DNA from: Candidatus Nanosynbacter lyticus | GTDB lineage: Bacteria; Patescibacteriota; Saccharimonadia; Saccharimonadales; Saccharimonadaceae | Direction of reading: 5' to 3' | Assembly (NCBI RefSeq): GCF_000803625.1 | Contig: NZ_CP007496.1 | Location: forward strand, 660,001 to 692,000 | Length of the DNA stretch: 32,000 nt | Shown here: positions 1-6,597 of the stretch, in pieces | How positions within the stretch are numbered: the stretch's first letter is position 1 | How the letters are laid out: every line of letters begins with the position of its first letter | Position numbers and translations under genes: made by a program | The notes under the pieces: model-generated | The model's database searches: none | What the model was told of the DNA's origin: nothing | Seen by the model: the letters and a program-made list of their open reading frames with translations, nothing else

Positions 1-5
1 CTATC

Positions 6-1559
6 CTAACTCGGTATATCTCTAAACAAATCAACCTCCTGGCGATCAATAGATATTTTATTCGTCTCCCTGATGCCTTGTAGTATATCGACGTCAACTA
101 TACTTGTGTCTCTAACTGTTTTCATTATGTCGTCCTTTAGCCAATCAATACACCAGATAATAGAATTATCAATATATGCTCTTTCACTGACTGACCGGGT
201 TAATAATTCATTAAATTGCAAGTCCGGATCAATAGAGTAAGATACTCGCTGCAACCAAATATCTAATAAGCCAGTGTTAGGTATAATCTTGAACTTATCA
301 AGAATTTTTTGAACAAGGAGTCCCCTCCTTGACTCACCCGCCCCACGGATAGTTAGACTCGCAACCGCCATCGCCATATTGTAGTATTTAGGGTTTTTAA
401 TTGCCATATTAACTACAATACTCAGCATAACTTCTGGTTTTTCATAATGACGTAAGCTTTTTCCTTGATCTAAGTAATCAAGAAGTTCCTCGTGAAACAT
501 ATTTAGCTGGCGAGACACCATACCTGAATTAGGATATTTATAACTAGCTGCATAAATCTGCATTAACCATTTTGCAAAATTATCTTTTTCTTTCTTTATA
601 TTCGGTATAAATAATTCTTCGATCTTATCCTTTTTAATAGAACTCAAGACTATATCGCTGCTCTTTTTGGTCTTCTGTGCATTTAATCTAAGACCAAGTA
701 TTGCTAAAATTTCAGTTAACTCTTTCAGTATACGAGCTCCTAGATCTAGCCTATTGGTAAAAATTCGATAGTCATCCCTGTAGCGAACAATGGAATATTC
801 TCTTTTATCAATATCTTTTATAGCTTGAGCTAAAAGATTATCAGCATATGCAAAGATAAGCTCAGCAATAAAATCAGAAAGAGTGTTTCCCTGAGGTATC
901 CCATTTGTTTGTCGATGATTCATCATCTGAAAATGCTCATCAATTTTACCTCCCAAAGATTTTTTATCACGGTTAGCATAAGCCTCGTCTTTACCATGAA
1001 GAGCCCATGAAATAGAATGCGTATATATTGATCCATAACAGTTTGCAACATCAGTTTCTAAGACATATCGAAACTCAAGACCTTTAGCCGCACAGTTTTG
1101 CTCAAATTTCTCCCACCAAGCACGTATTTGCTCCGCTTTCGCGCTTTTCTTTTTTGAGGGTTGCACTGGAATACTAGCAACTTCAATATTACAACCCCTC
1201 CTTAACTCAGAAAATCGCTTTTTTATAACACTCCAATTATCCTCTTTAGTGATATAATGCACTAACCCTACATAAAGAACCGGATTTATTATCTCAAATG
1301 GCCTCCAGGCTAGTTCACCGTCTTTGTTGCCGTAAATCACTTTATTTACATCATGTCTATCTCGTGGGTCTTTCTTCTTACGGCCACCATCCTCTGGATC
1401 AAAAAAATAATTAACATCATAACCGCCCATCTTACTTGACACAGCTTGAAGTATTGGATCAAAGTTAAAATATTCAGGCAAATCAAAGTTTACATAACTT
1501 TTACCGTCCAGCAAAAAAGCACGAGCTTGCTTATGATCAAGTTCTAATATATTAGCCAT
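6..1559 (-). CDS. Reverse transcriptase of the AbiA / UG-Abi (defence-associated, non-retron) type, 517 aa
   Basis: RT motifs are readable in the translation: KDGELAWRPFEIINP (motifs 1-2), LETDVANCYGSIYTHSISWALHGK (motif A), NGIPQGNTLSDFIAELIF (motif B), VRYRDDYRIF (motif C; YRDD = nt 771-782), LGLRLNAQKTK (motif D/E). The SIYTHSI-W-GK block resembles lactococcal AbiA as I recall it. A ~215-aa helical-looking C-terminal extension follows. The ATG shares one base with the hsdS stop (TAATG, 1557-1561). Confidence 0.8.
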   Translation of the reverse strand: MANILELDHKQARAFLLDGKSYVNFDLPEYFNFDPILQAVSSKMGGYDVNYFFDPEDGGRKKKDPRDRHDVNKVIYGNKDGELAWRPFEIINPVLYVGLVHYITKEDNWSVIKKRFSELRRGCNIEVASIPVQPSKKKSAKAEQIRAWWEKFEQNCAAKGLEFRYVLETDVANCYGSIYTHSISWALHGKDEAYANRDKKSLGGKIDEHFQMMNHRQTNGIPQGNTLSDFIAELIFAYADNLLAQAIKDIDKREYSIVRYRDDYRIFTNRLDLGARILKELTEILAILGLRLNAQKTKKSSDIVLSSIKKDKIEELFIPNIKKEKDNFAKWLMQIYAASYKYPNSGMVSRQLNMFHEELLDYLDQGKSLRHYEKPEVMLSIVVNMAIKNPKYYNMAMAVASLTIRGAGESRRGLLVQKILDKFKIIPNTGLLDIWLQRVSYSIDPDLQFNELLTRSVSERAYIDNSIIWCIDWLKDDIMKTVRDTSIVDVDILQGIRETNKISIDRQEVDLFRDIPS

Positions 1560-2668
1560 TATATCTTAATCTCTCCGGAAATTAATTTTGGTAAAAGCAA
1601 ATCACGAATTTTGGACAAATAATCTATTTGCTTCTTGTTTTCATGTATCATATCAAACAATGGTCGCACCATCTGCTCGAAATCATCAAACTCGCAATCT
1701 GATAAATCAACAATTTCCAAAAGCTCTATGTGCTTTGGATAAATATGCGGCTGACCAGAGCCAGTTTGCATATCGTATATCTCTTTTTGCTTGTTCTTGA
1801 GGAATAAATAGTAGGTATAAACATATTTGGTAATTGTTGAGTCAATGTACGAAGAGTCTGCCGACCATACTGGTTCACCCCAAACAGACACAAAACCAGC
1901 ATTTGCTCCGGATGCACTTATCGTGATAACTGGCGCGGTCGTATTTGCTTCATTGTGAAATCCGGCTGGCTTCAGTCCACCGCTAATAACCGGTGTGTCA
2001 CCACAAATCATATCTCTAGCTTGCAAACTTCTACCTCTTTTTGGATGAAACTTTTTTCCTAAAGGTATGGTCTGTATATTACCATTACTCTGCTTAGCTT
2101 TATCAACAAAATAATGACGAAAGAGGGTTTGGCCAAGCTGCTCGAGGGTTTCGTTCATGCGGCGGTTGAGCTCGATTTTTTCATCAAGGCTGCTGAGGAT
2201 ATCGGCAATTTTCTTTTGTTGGTAGAGTGGCGGCAGATTGATGGTCATAGCTGATATTTGCTTAGAACCCAAATTCTGCTGAGCAGCACCAACAGCAGCG
2301 CTTAGGAGTTTTTCATAACTATTTACAAGATAATAGTACACGAATCTATAATCAGCTTTGTTGTTATCAATTATTAAATTGCAACAGGCTTGATTTGTAG
2401 CCAATGGAATCTTATTAATCGCAGACCTGCCGGCAGTTGCACCATACATAGCTACAATCACGGAATCTTCAGGGATAATCTTTGCCGATGAGTTCTTTAG
2501 CCCTAATTCTGTAATTGTTTTTTCAGTTGAATAAATATTACCAAAATTAACCTCCTGAGTCCTTAACCACGGTATACCGCCACCATAGTAATCATCCCTC
2601 TTGGTTAACGGCGTTCCACCAGATGTAATTTTAGTACAAATATCGCTCAACGAAACCGTCTGTATCAT
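1559..2668 (-). CDS. hsdS: Type I restriction-modification specificity subunit HsdS, 369 aa
   Basis: Two variable target-recognition halves are separated by the central conserved helix LPPLYQQKKIADILSSLDEKIELNRRMNETLEQLGQTLFRHYF, with the C-terminal conserved LLPKLISGEIKI. The start overlaps the KAP gene stop (ATGA, 2665-2668). Same operon as hsdM. Confidence 0.85.
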   Translation of the reverse strand: MIQTVSLSDICTKITSGGTPLTKRDDYYGGGIPWLRTQEVNFGNIYSTEKTITELGLKNSSAKIIPEDSVIVAMYGATAGRSAINKIPLATNQACCNLIIDNNKADYRFVYYYLVNSYEKLLSAAVGAAQQNLGSKQISAMTINLPPLYQQKKIADILSSLDEKIELNRRMNETLEQLGQTLFRHYFVDKAKQSNGNIQTIPLGKKFHPKRGRSLQARDMICGDTPVISGGLKPAGFHNEANTTAPVITISASGANAGFVSVWGEPVWSADSSYIDSTITKYVYTYYLFLKNKQKEIYDMQTGSGQPHIYPKHIELLEIVDLSDCEFDDFEQMVRPLFDMIHENKKQIDYLSKIRDLLLPKLISGEIKI

Positions 2669-3960
2669 CGCTCATCACTTTCTGTAGAGATTGTTGTATA
2701 TAAACCAATGAGAGCAGTCGCCTCCTCAAAATCTTGTAGGTTTTCGCCACTTCGCCCCCTACCTTCAGAAGCAAAGATATTTTTGTATTCCACTATCAAC
2801 GCATCTACCGCCTTCTCTTTCATCTCCTCTTGCGATAAACTTGAACCATCCTCATATACAAATCTTTCTGCATATCCAAGAGCACTATATGAATTAGCAG
2901 TAAAATCTCTTAGTACGCCCTCACCTCTGCCTGATTTGAATTGTTCATATAAACTATCGTTTTTTATCTTTAGCGCAAGGGCCAGAGGTACGAACACAAG
3001 CTGTGTCGGATATTGGTCCTTCCTCCAGTTGTTATTTCTTGTCAGAAACCGACTCACCAAACGAAGTGATGAATAGTATGAATTAATTTCACGCATCTCA
3101 AAGCCGTAGTATTCTATAGCGTCAAATGCAACTCCATTAACTATCATGCTGCCTTCCATCCAGTCAAGTACGCTTCTTGCATACACTTCGATGCTCAACT
3201 TACGCAAACCAAACGTAAAATCAAAAAATTTATTTAGATACGCATATCCATCAAAGTCACTTCCGTAATATTTCTTAATTGTATGTGAAAGTTGATTGAC
3301 ATTTGTCGTAATGATGAACGTCACATCATCACGCATAAAATAATGCTTAACAACCTCTAGCAACTCGACAGCAAAAGACGGACGACAGCGATCAAGCTCA
3401 TCAATTACAAAAATGAGTCTTTCGGAATCACCTTTTAACTTATCAATGAATTCGTTTACTGTATCGTGTCGATTTACTTGATCTTTTACCGCTTTGACAA
3501 GGTCAGCCTTACTAGTCTTATTATCAATGTCTATAAAATCATGGGTTATGTTCTTTAATCCTGCAGACATGGTTATCATACTAAGAGCCTTCTTTATCGA
3601 GCCTTGGGTCAGACTTTCATCGTCGTCCGCTATCAACTTTAGCAACATAGCACTGAGCGCGTCGCCAAGATAATCATATTCCCACGCATTGAAATAGAAA
3701 GTTTTTTGTTTTTCTCGCAAAAGGTTGATTGCATTCTCGTCAAGAGTATTATGGCCATAATCTTGAATAGCACTGTCAGATAACATTAGTAGTTGCTTTA
3801 CAAACACCGTTTTACCGGATCCCCATGCACCATCAATTGCCAAAACGGTACTTTCTTTCAATGAATTTAGTAGCTTCACAAGCATTGACAGCTGATTGTT
3901 ACGCAGAATAGTATTATTGTGCAAATGCCTTAGGATTTGTTTATCTGTTAATTCTTTCAT
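2665..3960 (-). CDS. KAP-family P-loop NTPase, apparently soluble, 431 aa
   Basis: Walker A GAWGSGKT (aa 44-51), FNAWEYDY, Walker B FVIDELDRCRP (aa 184-194) and a later EMREINSYYSSLRL block are the KAP NTPase signature as I know it. No convincing TM helices lie between Walker A and B. An SD-like GGGGAAG sits in the 9-nt gap upstream. Confidence 0.75.
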   Translation of the reverse strand: MKELTDKQILRHLHNNTILRNNQLSMLVKLLNSLKESTVLAIDGAWGSGKTVFVKQLLMLSDSAIQDYGHNTLDENAINLLREKQKTFYFNAWEYDYLGDALSAMLLKLIADDDESLTQGSIKKALSMITMSAGLKNITHDFIDIDNKTSKADLVKAVKDQVNRHDTVNEFIDKLKGDSERLIFVIDELDRCRPSFAVELLEVVKHYFMRDDVTFIITTNVNQLSHTIKKYYGSDFDGYAYLNKFFDFTFGLRKLSIEVYARSVLDWMEGSMIVNGVAFDAIEYYGFEMREINSYYSSLRLVSRFLTRNNNWRKDQYPTQLVFVPLALALKIKNDSLYEQFKSGRGEGVLRDFTANSYSALGYAERFVYEDGSSLSQEEMKEKAVDALIVEYKNIFASEGRGRSGENLQDFEEATALIGLYTTISTESDER

Positions 3961-3969
3961 TTCTTCCCC

Positions 3970-4332
3970 TTAACCTTCTCCTTCACAGATAGCCCAGATG
4001 CGAAAATTGGTAGCAATATTTGACTTCACACGGTAACCAAGCTCAATTAACGTGTCTAGGCTATAATGCTCTATATTCCTTGAGACCTCACGATCACCTT
4101 TAGTTTGAACTATAAAGAATTTCTTTATAGTTGCCGAAGGGACGAGCGCTTTCTCTTCGTAGATATTCTTAATATGTTGGCCTATATTTTGCCTTGTAGT
4201 CTGAAATACCTGGGCCAACTGCACTTGAGTGAGCCACATATTTTCATCTTGTAGCCTAGCTTGAATCTGCGGCTTGCCGTCATCGCCAACATACAACACC
4301 ATCTCGCTGTTCGGGTTGTTGCTATTCATCAT
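3970..4332 (-). CDS. RhuM-family protein, N-terminal fragment only (120 aa; likely a truncated remnant)
   Basis: The translation [31 protein letters not shown] ... [33 protein letters not shown] matches the N-terminal third of RhuM-like proteins (usually about 300+ aa, from memory). It then ends in ICEGEG-stop. The start overlaps the hsdM stop (ATGA, 4329-4332). Confidence 0.6.
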   Translation of the reverse strand: MMNSNNPNSEMVLYVGDDGKPQIQARLQDENMWLTQVQLAQVFQTTRQNIGQHIKNIYEEKALVPSATIKKFFIVQTKGDREVSRNIEHYSLDTLIELGYRVKSNIATNFRIWAICEGEG

Positions 4333-5816
4333 TTGGTTTCTTTCTCTATTTTGGCAAGATTTTCTTTTATTTTTACCTCTAACTCACGGCTCTTCGCAAA
4401 TTGCCCTTCAAGCTCAGCCGTCAACCGAGCAAATTTCTCGGCGAACGGCTCATCGTCTTCCTCGGCCTCTTCGACACCAACGTAACGACCGGGTGCCAGT
4501 ACGTAATCATGCTGCTTGATTTCTTCTAGATCAGCGACTTTGCAGAAGCCCTGCTGGTCAGCGTAATCCGCGCTGGCAGTTTTATAATCGTGATATGTCT
4601 TTGCTACCCTGGCAATATCTTCTTCGGTCAGCTCGCGGTTACGACGGGTGACCATTTTACCCAAATTACGCCCATCGATGAACAGTACTTTACCGTGACG
4701 ATTAGCACGATCGCGCGACACAAACCACAGACAGCACGGTATAGCGACGTTAAAAAATAACTGACTCGGCAGTGTGACGATGGCGTCAACCATATCATTG
4801 AGCACTAGCTGCTTGCGGATGTCACCTTCGCCGCCAGTTTGACTGCTCATGCTCCCGTTTGCCAACACAAAACCTGCCGTACCACGCGGGCTCAAGTGGT
4901 GAATCATATGTTGAATCCAGGCAAAGTTAGCATTACCCTTTGGCGGCAGTCCATACTTCCAGCGTGGGTCGGCCTGCAAATGTTCTTGACCCCAGTCACT
5001 AATATTAAACGGTGGGTTAGCTAAGATATAATCAGCTTTCAGGTCAGGAAGCTGGTCATCCATCAAGGTGTCGCCGCGTTTGATATTTGCGTCAATTCCC
5101 CGAATTGCCATATTCATTTTAGCGAGTCGCCAAGTGGTTTCGTTGAGCTCCTGACCATACACCGCGATATCGCTAACGCGGCCCGCATGCTCCTCGACAA
5201 ACTTCTCACTCCAGACGAACATACCACCACTACCGCAACATGGGTCGTACACGCGCCCACTGTATGGCTCAAGCATTTCTACCAGCAATTTCACGATGGA
5301 GCGCGGCGTGTAGAATTCACCACCATGCTTACCCTCACTGTCGGCAAACATACCCATAAAATATTCGTACACTTGACCAAGCAAGTCTTTGGAGCTGGCA
5401 GTATCAAATTTAATATTGGTAAATAAATCGATGAGTTCACCTAGGCGACGCTTATCCAGAGCTTCACGAGCATAATTTTTTGGCAACACTCCCTTCAGAC
5501 TAGGGTTGTCGCGCTCAATCGCCTCCATGGCACTATCAACTAAGACGCCAATTTCTGGCTGTTTGGCACTCGCCACTAGGTATTCCCAACGAGCCTCCTT
5601 GGGAATCCAAAAAATATTCTCCGCCAAATACCAATCCTGGTCTTCAGGATCATAATTCTCATCAATCGCTGTCTGATATCGCACCGAAAACGCATCCGAA
5701 ACATATTTTAGAAAGATCAACCCCAGTACCACATATTTATAGTCCGACGAACTAATATTACCCCGTAGTTTATCCGCCGCAGCCCACAACTGCTTTTCAA
5801 GCTCCCTCGTATTCAT
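4329..5816 (-). CDS. hsdM: Type I restriction-modification N6-adenine DNA methyltransferase HsdM, 495 aa
   Basis: HsdM N-terminal domain ([32 protein letters not shown]), SAM-binding motif [13 protein letters not shown], catalytic LANPPFN. Confidence 0.93.
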   Translation of the reverse strand: MNTRELEKQLWAAADKLRGNISSSDYKYVVLGLIFLKYVSDAFSVRYQTAIDENYDPEDQDWYLAENIFWIPKEARWEYLVASAKQPEIGVLVDSAMEAIERDNPSLKGVLPKNYAREALDKRRLGELIDLFTNIKFDTASSKDLLGQVYEYFMGMFADSEGKHGGEFYTPRSIVKLLVEMLEPYSGRVYDPCCGSGGMFVWSEKFVEEHAGRVSDIAVYGQELNETTWRLAKMNMAIRGIDANIKRGDTLMDDQLPDLKADYILANPPFNISDWGQEHLQADPRWKYGLPPKGNANFAWIQHMIHHLSPRGTAGFVLANGSMSSQTGGEGDIRKQLVLNDMVDAIVTLPSQLFFNVAIPCCLWFVSRDRANRHGKVLFIDGRNLGKMVTRRNRELTEEDIARVAKTYHDYKTASADYADQQGFCKVADLEEIKQHDYVLAPGRYVGVEEAEEDDEPFAEKFARLTAELEGQFAKSRELEVKIKENLAKIEKETK

Positions 5817-5822
5817 AGATAG

Positions 5823-5831
5823 ATTATATCA
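5823..5831 (-). promoter_or_regulatory. Extended -10 element TGATATAAT placed 6 nt from the hsdM ATG (leaderless-type promoter)
   Basis: The minus strand reads TGATATAAT-CTATCT-ATG(5816). There is no Shine-Dalgarno. The element lies directly after the radC stop (5847-5849). Confidence 0.45.
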
Positions 5832-5846
5832 GATTTTGAGGCTCAT

Positions 5847-6500
5847 TTACTCTGCGTGCAGCAAGCTCTTGTAATTAAGTTTTGTAACGATAATATGATC
5901 ATTAAGCGTAATACCAAGCAGTTTTCCCGCTTCCACCAGCCTGTTCGTTACTTCTTTATCAGCAATACTGGCCCCTAAACACCCGCTCGGATGATTATGC
6001 GCCACGATAATCGAGGCGGCACGGTCGGCGATGGCGTCGGCGAAGACCTCGCGCGGATGTACCAAGCTGGCGGTCAGCGTGCCGATGGTCACCACCCGCT
6101 TGGCGATCAAACGATTCGCGCCGTCCAGCGTCAGGCAGACAAAATATTCCTGCTTTTTGTCGCGAATGTCGGCCAGTAGCTCGACGGCCTTTTCTGGGCT
6201 GTCGATGATTGGTTGGTCGCTATCTAGCAAGTACCGCCGCGCCAGTTCCAAACTTGCCAGAATCACCGGAATTTTCGCTTCGCCCAAACCAACCACGCTA
6301 CGCAGATCATCATACGAAACATCGCCGCCTTTTTGACGCAAAATTTTCAGTACCTCGCGCGCAATTTTACTGACATCGGCCCGAGCGTTGCCGCTGCCAA
6401 TAATCGCCATCAACAGCTCCAAGTCACTCAGCCGCGCCGTACCGTAACGCGCCAATTTCTCGCGGGGACGGTCGATTTTTGGCTTGTCGAGCACTTTCAT
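5847..6500 (-). CDS. radC: RadC-like JAB/MPN domain protein (UPF0758 family), 217 aa
   Basis: N-terminal helix-hairpin-helix-like region (LSDLELLMAIIGSGNARADV) and the C-terminal JAB motif IIVAHNHPSG. Confidence 0.85.
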   Translation of the reverse strand: MKVLDKPKIDRPREKLARYGTARLSDLELLMAIIGSGNARADVSKIAREVLKILRQKGGDVSYDDLRSVVGLGEAKIPVILASLELARRYLLDSDQPIIDSPEKAVELLADIRDKKQEYFVCLTLDGANRLIAKRVVTIGTLTASLVHPREVFADAIADRAASIIVAHNHPSGCLGASIADKEVTNRLVEAGKLLGITLNDHIIVTKLNYKSLLHAE

Positions 6501-6506
6501 AGTTTC

Positions 6507-6515
6507 ATTATATCA
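6507..6515 (-). promoter_or_regulatory. Extended -10 element TGATATAAT placed 6 nt from the radC ATG (leaderless-type promoter)
   Basis: The minus strand reads TGATATAAT-GAAACT-ATG(6500). There is no SD. Confidence 0.45.
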
Positions 6516-6597
6516 GGCTTCAACCATTCATCAGCTGCCAATCTTCGCGCTATCATTTCGTGCAGCCCTATTTATCGCTTACACCACGCAAAGATCA

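Noticed and set aside
492-512. RQLNMFH (aa 350-356) in the RT C-terminal region, which fits the HEPN R-x(4-6)-H RNase motif as in AbiA.
   Set aside because: A 7-residue pattern of this kind occurs by chance often. Without a profile or structure match I cannot call a HEPN domain. Worth testing but not reported as a feature.
6-1559. Interpreting the RT as a retron, group II intron or diversity-generating retroelement.
   Set aside because: There is no maturase/X or endonuclease domain and no retron-type VTG motif after motif C. There is no flanking non-coding space on the upstream side for msr/msd or intron RNA domains. No TR/VR repeat pair is visible in the window. The downstream side lies outside the window, so this is not absolute.
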